Assembly: GCA_963755125.1 (NCBI GenBank)
Contig: CAVWIP010000016.1
Span: 32,001-96,000 of the forward strand
Source: an uncultured delta proteobacterium
Lineage (GTDB): Bacteria; Myxococcota_A; Polyangia; Fen-1088
Length of the DNA stretch: 64,000 bases
Reading direction: 5' to 3'
Numbering within the stretch: position 1 is the stretch's first letter; each line of letters begins with the position of its first letter. The notes under the pieces were generated by a model. That model saw only the letters and a program-made list of their open reading frames with translations. It had not been told where the DNA came from and did not search any database. A program made the translations under genes and the position numbers. Below, one piece after another: positions 39,369 through 47,189 of the stretch.

Positions 39369-39504
39369 GGCATCGGTCTCGCTTTCCGGGCTTGGCATAG
39401 CACGGCGCTGGCCCTGGCGCGTCGCCGAGGTGAACGAGGTCGCTCATCTTGCGGAAACCTGCACGAGTCGCTTCCTGCCACCACGTGTGGCGTCACCATA
39501 GAAC

Positions 39505-39532
39505 TTGACGGACACGGTCACTCGGATATCCT
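39505..39532 (+). promoter_or_regulatory. Putative sigma70 promoter of the beta-barrel gene
   Basis: TTGACG-N16-TATCCT upstream of a GGAGG RBS. Confidence 0.4.
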
Positions 39533-39588
39533 GGCCGAACTCGGACACTAACCTGACGTGTCATTCTGCCATGGAGGGAAATCCAACG

Positions 39589-40305
39589 ATGCGAAAGAAC
39601 ATTGCGATCCTGTCGATTCTTGCCACGAGCCTGATGTCCTACGCCGCTGTTGCGCAGGACGAGGCTGCCGCCCCGGCTCCCGAAGCTGCTGCTCCTGCAG
39701 CTCCTGAGGCTGCGCCCGCCGCCGCGCCTGCACCCGAATCAGCGCCGGCTCCCGTAGCAGTGGTGGCACCTGCTGACAAGAAAATCCAGGTCGGCATCGC
39801 CTTTTTGCCCATGGTTATGGGCAGGCAAAAGACGTCGGGTCTCGGCCCCAGCAGTACCACCGACCTCAAGCTTGCCTACGGCGTTGGTATCACGGCGGGC
39901 TACGCCGTGATTCCTGGTCTCACGGTGGGCATCGCACCGCAGGTCATCTTCCATCTCATTGGTGATAACAGTTCCGGCGATTCGGCCACGGAGTACGATC
40001 TCATGGTGCGGATAGCCTATGCGTACACCGTGATTCCGAAACTTTCGGTCGGCGTCGAAGTCCTGCCCGGCTATTCCATCATCGCCATCCCGAGCAGCCT
40101 GAAGGAGGACACTAGCTTCGACAACCCCAAGGGCTTTGTTATGGCTTTCGGTGCAGGTGCGGCGTACGACGTCACCGACATGTTCTTCGCAAACGTGGGG
40201 ATCGGCTACCAGATCGGCTTCCAGAGCACCTCGATTATGGGTACCAGTGAGGACATCAAGACGAGCTTCCTGCGCATCCTCGTCGGCGGCGGCGTGAAGT
40301 TCTAG
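39589..40305 (+). CDS. Outer-membrane beta-barrel protein (OmpW/OmpA-like, about 8 strands)
   Basis: Signal peptide, Ala/Pro linker, alternating beta-strands, terminal GVKF. Confidence 0.82.
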   Translation: MRKNIAILSILATSLMSYAAVAQDEAAAPAPEAAAPAAPEAAPAAAPAPESAPAPVAVVAPADKKIQVGIAFLPMVMGRQKTSGLGPSSTTDLKLAYGVGITAGYAVIPGLTVGIAPQVIFHLIGDNSSGDSATEYDLMVRIAYAYTVIPKLSVGVEVLPGYSIIAIPSSLKEDTSFDNPKGFVMAFGAGAAYDVTDMFFANVGIGYQIGFQSTSIMGTSEDIKTSFLRILVGGGVKF

Positions 40306-40330
40306 AACAACAGCAAGGCTTACGTTGCAA

Positions 40331-40368
40331 GGCCCGGCGCCCCGAAAGGGTCACCGGGCTTTTTCTTT
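40331..40368 (+). terminator. Intrinsic terminator
   Basis: GCCCGG..CCC-GAAA-GGG..CCGGGC stem followed by TTTTTCTTT. Confidence 0.8.
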
Positions 40369-40392
40369 GTCTGGTGATCCACCTTCGAGAGC

Positions 40393-40510
40393 CGGCCGAC
40401 AAGCCGGAGTCGATGGCGAAGCCGCGCCGAGAACCGCACCGGAGCATACTTGGGGTATGTGAGGAGCGGAAGCGCAGACGCGGCGAGCCAGCGGCCCGGA
40501 TCGTCGGCCG
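40393..40510. repeat. Palindromic REP/MITE-like element, copy 2
   Basis: CGGCCGACAAGCCGG...GCCGAGAACCG...CGGAAGCGCAGAC...GCCAGCGGCCCGGATCGTCGGCCG shared with 18970-19085. Confidence 0.8.
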
Positions 40511-40540
40511 TCGGTCAATTGAAGATTTGAAGGAGCGTTG

Positions 40541-41908
40541 CTAGGTGGCGAACCAGCGCTCGCGGTCGACAAGATCGAAAACCTCGCGCAGCACGGCCAG
40601 GCCGTTCTTCGCCGTGGCCTCGTCCATGGTCAGCGCGGGCTGGATGCGAAAGTTGGCAGCATAGGCCATGGTCAGCAGGCCCCGCCGCACGCACTCGTGG
40701 AAGATGCGCTCGGTCACCGGCCGCGGCAGCGGTTCTTTGCCGGCCTTGTCCTTGACCAGCTCAATGCGCATGAACATGCCCGCGCCTTGCACGCAACCCA
40801 CGAAGGGATAGCGATCCACAAAGCCCTCCAGCTCGCGCAGCATCACGGTTCCGACCTGGGCCGAGTTCTCTACCAGGCGCTCGTCCGCAATGATCTTCAG
40901 CGCGGTGGCCCCGGCCACGGCGCCCAGCGGATTTCCCCCGTAGCTCGACGACGAGCCCGAGGGATGGCTCCACGGCTTCGCCACAGAGATCTCGTCGGTA
41001 GTCACGATTCCCGAAAGCGGGAACCCGCCGCCGAACGCCTTGCCTACGGTCATGATGTCAGGCACGACGTCGCTATGGTCCACGCCGAAGTTGCGGCCGG
41101 TGCGGCCCAGCCCGGTGATCATCTCGTCGGCGATGAGCAGCGCGCCCAGGTCGTGGGCCATCTCGCGCACGGCCGGCAGGAACTCCTTGGGCGGGATGAC
41201 GTTGCCCGAGGTGCCCTGCATGGGCTCGACAATCACGGCCGCGATGGAGCCCGCGCTGGACATGCGAGTCTGCTTGCGGGCAAACTCCACGCACGCCAGC
41301 GAGCAGGCGGGATAGGCCAGCTTGAGCGGACAGCGGTAGCAGTCCGCGTAGGGGACCGAGTGCGAGCCCGGCAGCATGGGCCCCAGCTTCTCTTTGAAAC
41401 GCGAGCCCATGAGCGACAGGACGCCCATGGTCTTGCCGTGAAAGCCGCCCCAGAAGCTGACGAACTCGTGCTTGCCGGTGTGGCACTTGGCCAGACGCAG
41501 GGCGCTCTCCACCGCCTCGGCGCCGCTGGAGTAGAGCTGCAACCTGTGCAGCTTGGGCGAGGGTGTAAGCCTGGCCAGGCGCTCGCACAGCTCGACGCGT
41601 GCCTCGCTGGTGAGTGCGCCCACCGACGCGCGTGCCACCTGATCCTGCAACGCCTTGACGTAGGTGGGATGCGAGTGCCCGAGGGCATTGACCGCAATCC
41701 CGCCTATCAAGTCGACGTAGGTGTTGCCGTCGACGTCGGTGATGGCGCTGCCGCGTGCGTCGGCCACGGCGATCCCGGCCATCAGCGCATAGCCCTGCAG
41801 GCCGGGCGCGATGTGCGCGTCCTCGCGCTGGCGCAGCGCCTGGCTGCGTGGGCCAGGAACTGCGGTGACGATGTTGGGCTTCTGGTTCTTGGGCTGCGAC
41901 GGGTTCAT
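40541..41908 (-). CDS. Class III PLP aminotransferase (GabT/ArgD-like)
   Basis: DVDGNTYVD, SSGAEAVE, GGFHGKT, VEPMQG, ADEMITGLGRTG, PDIMTVGK, SYGGNP. Confidence 0.9.
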   Translation of the reverse strand: MNPSQPKNQKPNIVTAVPGPRSQALRQREDAHIAPGLQGYALMAGIAVADARGSAITDVDGNTYVDLIGGIAVNALGHSHPTYVKALQDQVARASVGALTSEARVELCERLARLTPSPKLHRLQLYSSGAEAVESALRLAKCHTGKHEFVSFWGGFHGKTMGVLSLMGSRFKEKLGPMLPGSHSVPYADCYRCPLKLAYPACSLACVEFARKQTRMSSAGSIAAVIVEPMQGTSGNVIPPKEFLPAVREMAHDLGALLIADEMITGLGRTGRNFGVDHSDVVPDIMTVGKAFGGGFPLSGIVTTDEISVAKPWSHPSGSSSSYGGNPLGAVAGATALKIIADERLVENSAQVGTVMLRELEGFVDRYPFVGCVQGAGMFMRIELVKDKAGKEPLPRPVTERIFHECVRRGLLTMAYAANFRIQPALTMDEATAKNGLAVLREVFDLVDRERWFAT

Positions 41909-42678
41909 GCGGAACGGGCCCGCAGGGAAGTAGCAATTCGGAAGAATCGCCGGACTGCGGACACGTTGGTCACTGTTGCTACCACCAAAACGGCAACCTC
42001 GATGGGGATTTCTCGACTTAGATGCAGGATGGAAATTCCTGTCACGGAGGGCCACACAAGGCCAGCCACCGGAACAAAGGCACATCCGTGGATCAGATAC
42101 ACCGCACGCTCGGCCCGACGCATCGCCCCCCTGGGCGGGGGAACGCCCAAGGATTCAGCCTTGGCCGTGGCGTAGCTGACCATGAATGACCCATGAATCG
42201 CGGCCAGGGTCAGGATCTGGATGACCGGCGTGTCGCGGAAGTAGAAGACCAGGCCTGCCAGCAGGAAGAACTCCACGTAGCGATCCACCGCTGCATCGAA
42301 CAGCTCGCCCACGTCAGAGGTCAGTTTCAGATGGCGCGCCAATATGCCATCGAGCATGTCGGAAAACGCGGACATGGTGGCCAACATGGCGCCCACACCG
42401 AAGTGCCCGTATGCGAGGGCCACCGCGGAGAGCAGGGCCGGAACCAGTGAGAACGTGGTGATCATGTTGGGCGTCACGCGCAGGGCGAGCAGCACCCTCA
42501 CCACGGGACGAAACAGCACGTAGGTGGTCTCCATCACCCCACGGCCCAGCATCACGCCGCCGTGACCCTCCAGCCGGGCGTTGCGCGCTCGCCGGCCGAT
42601 CAGGAACAGAACAAAGGTGATGATCGCGACGCTCGAGACGAACGCGATCAGCAGCCAGGAGCAAACCAGATCAAGCAT
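41905..42678 (-). CDS. CDP-alcohol phosphatidyltransferase (PI/PIP synthase-like)
   Basis: TPNMIT; DMLDGILAR...GELFDAAVDR signature; SFMVSYATAKAES...RRAER; ATGA-coupled to the aminotransferase. Confidence 0.9.
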   Translation of the reverse strand: MLDLVCSWLLIAFVSSVAIITFVLFLIGRRARNARLEGHGGVMLGRGVMETTYVLFRPVVRVLLALRVTPNMITTFSLVPALLSAVALAYGHFGVGAMLATMSAFSDMLDGILARHLKLTSDVGELFDAAVDRYVEFFLLAGLVFYFRDTPVIQILTLAAIHGSFMVSYATAKAESLGVPPPRGAMRRAERAVYLIHGCAFVPVAGLVWPSVTGISILHLSREIPIEVAVLVVATVTNVSAVRRFFRIATSLRARSA

Positions 42679-42778
42679 GATGGCCGGATAGTGAAGGAAA
42701 CGACCGAGCGGTTCAAGGCTGCGCTGTCCTTGATCCCGCTTGACGTAGGGCGGGAAGGCTTGCTCTAGTCCTTGCGCT

Positions 42779-43474
42779 ATGGGGCATGACCGCGATCGGC
42801 TTGTCGAGGAGAACCTCGATCTGGTGCGGTCGATTGCCGGGAAACTCAGGCGAAGCCTGGGCCGCACCCTGGATCTCGACGAGTTGGTGGCCTACGGGTC
42901 CAAGGGGCTGGTCGAGGCGGCCACCCGCTTCGATTCCCGCCAGGGCGTGGCCTTTTCCACCTTCGCCTACTACCGCATCCGCGGCGCCATGCTGGATGGT
43001 CTGCGCAGCATGGGATGGTACTCGCGCGGCGATCTGGCCCGTTATCGCGCTGAAGAGCGTGCCAACGAGTATCTGCGCAATCGGGCCGAGCGGGAAGGCG
43101 CCCCGGCGCCTCCCGGCCGGTCGGACGACGCCGCTGCGACCCTGGCCGAGATCGCGGAAGTCCTGAGCGGTGTGGCCACGATACACATCACCTCCTTGGA
43201 AGCAGCGGCCGGTGTGACTGACGAACGCCTTCCACCGCCCGACCAACAGTTGGAACGTCTGCACCTGCAGGCGCGGGCACACCGAGCGCTAGCCAAGCTG
43301 CCGGAAAAGGAAAGGCGCCTCCTGCAACTGCACTACTTCGAGGACATGAACCTGGAAGTCGCCAGCGCGAAGATGGGGCTGTCCAAGTCCTGGGGTTCTC
43401 GCCTGCACGCGCGCGCCGTGGATCAACTGCGCCAGGTACTGGAAGAAGAAGAGAACGGCATCGAAGCGGAGTAG
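42779..43474 (+). CDS. RNA polymerase sigma factor, FliA/WhiG (sigma28) family
   Basis: LDELVAYG..GLVEAATRFD...FSTFAYYRIRGAMLDGLR; region 4 LPEKERRLLQLHYFED...LSKSWGSRLH. Confidence 0.88.
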   Translation: MGHDRDRLVEENLDLVRSIAGKLRRSLGRTLDLDELVAYGSKGLVEAATRFDSRQGVAFSTFAYYRIRGAMLDGLRSMGWYSRGDLARYRAEERANEYLRNRAEREGAPAPPGRSDDAAATLAEIAEVLSGVATIHITSLEAAAGVTDERLPPPDQQLERLHLQARAHRALAKLPEKERRLLQLHYFEDMNLEVASAKMGLSKSWGSRLHARAVDQLRQVLEEEENGIEAE

Positions 43475-43618
43475 ATGCACTTACGCACCCGATCGGGACG
43501 ATCGATAGTGGTCGTGGTCGCTTGATCGTTCCGGCCACGTCCACGTCTACGACCTTCCACGGCTGGCGTGGGATTGCGGCAGTTGCAGCCACAACGCTAC
43601 GTGACCCAATTTCTGCTA

Positions 43619-44386
43619 ATGTCGGCCGCCATGCGCGTTCCGTTGACAGCCGTGGTGGCTTTGGCGATCGGGTGCTCGACTCCTATCCAGCATGGTCTCG
43701 ACGAAACAACGGCCAATGAGGTGTTGACCGCGCTGGAGCGAGGCGGAATCGAGGCCAGCAAGACCCGCGACGACTCGAATGGCGAGGCCTTCGTCATCAG
43801 CGTGCCCAGAGCGGATGCGCTGCGCGCGCTCCAGGTTCTGCAGTCACTGGGCCTGCCGCGCGGCCGGCGCGCAGGCTTCGGCGAGGTCTACAAGCAGGCC
43901 AGCCTGGTGCCCACGCCCACCGAGGAGCGTGCCCGCTACCTTGAAGCGCTGGCAGGAGAGATCGAGCGCACGCTGGAGACTGTCGATGGCGTGGTCACGG
44001 CCCGCGTTCACCTGGTGCTGCCCGAGCCTGATCCGCTGGCAGTGGACGGCAAACCGCGGGTGGCCGCACAGGCGGCCGTGCTGCTCAAGGTGCGGGGGGC
44101 AGCGACAGCCCTGCGCGAGGTCGACGTGCAGAAGCTGGTGGCGGGCAGTGTGGCGGGGCTGCTGCCCGAGGCTGTGGCCGTGGTTGTGACACCCGCGACA
44201 GAATCGCCGTCGCCGCGCACGCCGGCCCTGGCCAGCGTCGGGCCGGTGCAGGTGGATCCGGGCAGCCGCAAACTCCTGGCGGGCCTGCTCTTGGGCGGTC
44301 TGGCCGTCATTGCCACGCTGGCAGTCCTGCTGTTTCTCGCTGCTCGCCGGCTCGGTTTGGAGCGTCGGGACCGGGAGAAGAGCTAA
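43619..44386 (+). CDS. sctJ: Type III secretion inner-ring lipoprotein SctJ (YscJ/HrcJ family)
   Basis: Lipobox AIGC; HGLDETTANE; GLPR...SLVPTPTEERARY; DGVVTARVHLVLP; LVAGSVAGL; C-terminal TM. Confidence 0.85.
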   Translation: MSAAMRVPLTAVVALAIGCSTPIQHGLDETTANEVLTALERGGIEASKTRDDSNGEAFVISVPRADALRALQVLQSLGLPRGRRAGFGEVYKQASLVPTPTEERARYLEALAGEIERTLETVDGVVTARVHLVLPEPDPLAVDGKPRVAAQAAVLLKVRGAATALREVDVQKLVAGSVAGLLPEAVAVVVTPATESPSPRTPALASVGPVQVDPGSRKLLAGLLLGGLAVIATLAVLLFLAARRLGLERRDREKS

Positions 44387-45046
44387 CTATCCGCGCAGCT
44401 TCTTCTTCAAGTCGGCCAACGCATCGTCGACCGATTTCTGCTCGCTCATCTCGCGCAGCTTGCGTTCGGCTTCGACCGAGGCTGCCGTCTGGCCCTGCAA
44501 CTCGTCGCCGAGACCCACCTCGGCTTCCAGAGCGTCGATCTTTCCTGACATGCGATCGAAGTCCTCGAAGGCCGCGGTCTGGCCGGAAACCGGGCTCTCG
44601 CCTCGCTTGGCAGCGCGCGCCTTCTCGCGCAGCGTTCCCCGGCGCAGCTTCACGTCCTGCACCCGCGCCTCCAGCGCCTTCAATCCAGCGCCCAGTTGCA
44701 CTGAATAGGCCCGCTGATCGGACAGCGCCTTTTCCGCCTCGATGCGGTCGGCCTGCTTCTCGGCCTTGCGGCGCAGCGCCTCCTTGGCCAGAGCGTCGTC
44801 GCCCGCCTGCACGGCCTGCGTCGCGTGCTCCTCCCAGGACTTGACCTCATCGGCCAAATCCTCCACGCGCTTGCCCATGCGTTTCTCGTCGGCCAGGCAC
44901 TGCACGACCTCGCCGCGCGCCTCGCGCACCGAGTCCTCCATGTCCCGGATGAGCTGATCGATCTGCTTGGCCGGGTCCTGCATGGAGTCGATGAGGTCGT
45001 TGACGTTGGATTTCACCAGCGTGGAGAGTCGTCCCAGGATTCCCAT
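44387..45046 (-). CDS. pspA: PspA/IM30 (Vipp1, ESCRT-III-like) family protein
   Basis: MGILGRLSTLVKSNVNDLID..QDPAK; A..AGDDALAKEAL; AFEDFDRM. Confidence 0.88.
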   Translation of the reverse strand: MGILGRLSTLVKSNVNDLIDSMQDPAKQIDQLIRDMEDSVREARGEVVQCLADEKRMGKRVEDLADEVKSWEEHATQAVQAGDDALAKEALRRKAEKQADRIEAEKALSDQRAYSVQLGAGLKALEARVQDVKLRRGTLREKARAAKRGESPVSGQTAAFEDFDRMSGKIDALEAEVGLGDELQGQTAASVEAERKLREMSEQKSVDDALADLKKKLRG

Positions 45047-45115
45047 ATGGTGGAGTCTACTGGCACCGCGCGCGCATGTCGATTCAGCCGGGACTTTCTG
45101 CTAGCGTTGTTCCCG

Positions 45116-46123
45116 ATGCGCCTAAGCGACATCGCGGGCCAGGATCAGGCGACCGCGCTGCTCTTGCGCGCGGTTGCGTCGGGGCGTCTCGCCCACGCCA
45201 TACTCTTCGACGGGCCCGACGGCGTGGGCAAGCGAAGCGCGGCCCTGGGCATGGCCCTGGCCCTATGTTGTCCCGAGCAGCCGAACCTGGGCTGCGGCGC
45301 CTGCGATGTGTGCCGCCGCGTTCTGGCCGGCCAGCACCCCGACGTTCACGTGCTCGCGCCCGACACCAACCAAATCGTGGTCGAACAGGCCAAGGACATC
45401 GTGGCGCTGGCATCGAGCACACCGCACGAGGCACCCGCGCGCGTGCTGGTCATCGACCAGGCCGACTGTCTCAACCCCAGCGCGGCCAACTGCCTGCTCA
45501 AGACCCTGGAAGAACCCCTGCCCGGCAATTTCATCGTGCTGGTCACGGCTGCGCCGGCTCGCCTGCTGCCCACCATTCGTTCGCGCTGCCAACGCGTGCG
45601 TTTCCAGGCCTTGCACCCAGCCATCCTGATCGAGCTGGCCACCCGTCGGGGAATTGACCACGAGCGCGCCGAGACCGCTGCGGCCACGGCTGGCGGGTCA
45701 GCGGCGCGCCTCTTCGAGCTGTGCGCGTCGGAGATGGAATCAAATCTGTGGACGGTGGCCAGCCGCTTTCGCCAGGCGATTGCGGCCCGCGAGATGGGAC
45801 CGATCTTCGACGCAGCCTCGGCATTCTCGGACAAGGAAGAGCGGCAAGACCTGTCCGAAGCGCTGGTACTGCTGGCCCGCTTCTACCGCGACGCCCTGGC
45901 CCTGGCTGCCGGTGCGGAGGATCTCATCTTGTTGCGCAGCCACAGTGCCGAAATGGCCGGCCCCGCCGGCGCGTGCCAGCGACGGCGCACTCTCACGCCC
46001 TTGCGCCGGGCGGTGACCGCAGTGCTCGATGCTTGCTTGAGCCTGACCGCCAATGTGAATGCGGTCACGGCGCTGGAGAAGATGATGATGGACATCCGCT
46101 CCTCTGCGGTGGAGGCGTCATGA
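45116..46123 (+). CDS. holB: DNA polymerase III delta' subunit
   Basis: HAILFDGPDGVGK, CGACDVC, HPDV, AANCLLKTLEEP, LLPTIRSRC. Confidence 0.92.
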   Translation: MRLSDIAGQDQATALLLRAVASGRLAHAILFDGPDGVGKRSAALGMALALCCPEQPNLGCGACDVCRRVLAGQHPDVHVLAPDTNQIVVEQAKDIVALASSTPHEAPARVLVIDQADCLNPSAANCLLKTLEEPLPGNFIVLVTAAPARLLPTIRSRCQRVRFQALHPAILIELATRRGIDHERAETAAATAGGSAARLFELCASEMESNLWTVASRFRQAIAAREMGPIFDAASAFSDKEERQDLSEALVLLARFYRDALALAAGAEDLILLRSHSAEMAGPAGACQRRRTLTPLRRAVTAVLDACLSLTANVNAVTALEKMMMDIRSSAVEAS

Positions 46124-47127
46124 ACGATCTGTCGGGCCCACCCTCGCCGCGGCCTGCCGAGCGGGACCAGTCCGTCGCGCGCCCTGAAGATCGCCAGGTG
46201 GTGGGCGTGAAGTACGCGTCCACCGGCCCGACCATCGACTGCGACTCGGGCACCCTGGTGTTCCGGCGGGGCGAGGCGGTGGTGGTGGATGACCGGCGCG
46301 GCGGCACCGTGGCCACGGTCAGCGTGCCGACCCACACGCGCAGGTCTGGCGGCACACTGGGCCGCGTCCTGCGCCGGGCTGAGCCTCGCGATCTTGCGCG
46401 CGCCCAGGAGGAACAGCAGCGCCAGGCCGACGCGCTCGCGTACGCCCGCTCGCGAGTGCACGGCTTGCGCCTACCCATTAAGGTGTTTCGGGTCGACCTC
46501 GGCCATGGCGGGGAGCGGGCCCTGTTTTGCTTCTGGTCCGACAAACGCGTCGACTTCCGCGATCTGGTCCGCGACCTGTCCGCCCGCCTGCACCTGCGCA
46601 TCGAAATGCGGCAAGTGGGCGTGCGCGACGAGGCCAAGCAGATCGGCGGCATCGGGTCCTGCGGTCGCGAATTGTGCTGTTCCACCTTTCTCCCGCACTT
46701 CGCACCGGTGTCGATCAAGATGGCCAAAAATCAGCGCCTGGTGCTCAACCCCACCAAGGTGGCGGGCCAGTGCGGGCGGCTCAAGTGCTGCCTGATGTAC
46801 GAGGACGCGCAGTACGTGGAGGCAAGCAAGGGTCTGCCCAGGGAAGGCAAGCAGGTGCACACGCCTGACGGCGTGGGGCGGGTCGACGACCTCGACGTGC
46901 TGGACCGCAAGGTGCGGGTCTCGTTCCCGGATCGGCCGCCCGCGATCTACGACGCCAGCGTCGTGCGTCCGCTCGATGTGAATGCCACGCCGACGCCAGC
47001 GCCGGTGTCCGTCTCCCTAGGAGAGGGCCCTGCGGATTCAGCCAAGAGTGGAGATTCGTCTGCTCCCCCGCCCGTTGCCGAGAACGCAGAGGGGAGCGGG
47101 GAGGACCCAGAGCCTGAATCAAGGTAG
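46120..47127 (+). CDS. ricT: PSP1 domain protein (RicT/YaaT)
   Basis: RVDFRDLVRDL, IEMRQVGVRDEAK..GGIGSCGRELCCS, CGRLKCCL. Confidence 0.92.
   Translation: MNDLSGPPSPRPAERDQSVARPEDRQVVGVKYASTGPTIDCDSGTLVFRRGEAVVVDDRRGGTVATVSVPTHTRRSGGTLGRVLRRAEPRDLARAQEEQQRQADALAYARSRVHGLRLPIKVFRVDLGHGGERALFCFWSDKRVDFRDLVRDLSARLHLRIEMRQVGVRDEAKQIGGIGSCGRELCCSTFLPHFAPVSIKMAKNQRLVLNPTKVAGQCGRLKCCLMYEDAQYVEASKGLPREGKQVHTPDGVGRVDDLDVLDRKVRVSFPDRPPAIYDASVVRPLDVNATPTPAPVSVSLGEGPADSAKSGDSSAPPPVAENAEGSGEDPEPESR
47080..47112 (+). repeat. 33-bp dispersed repeat, copy 3 (inside the ricT 3' end)
   Basis: GAGAACGCAGAGGGGAGCGGGGAGGACCCAGAG. Confidence 0.7.
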
Positions 47128-47189
47128 TCGAGCGGGCTGTAATCCCAAGCAGGGGGCGGCACCGGAGACGGGGCGGTGGCTTCAAGCGG

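Noticed and set aside
32008..42678. Hopanoid-tailoring (hpn) interpretation of the cluster
   Set aside because: Flippase-like and class III aminotransferase genes resemble HpnL/HpnO families, but there is no squalene-hopene cyclase, HpnH or B12-dependent HpnJ here. It remains a weaker alternative.
43560..43590. Sigma54 promoter before sctJ
   Set aside because: TGGCGTGGGATTGC has GG-N9-GC spacing rather than the required N10.
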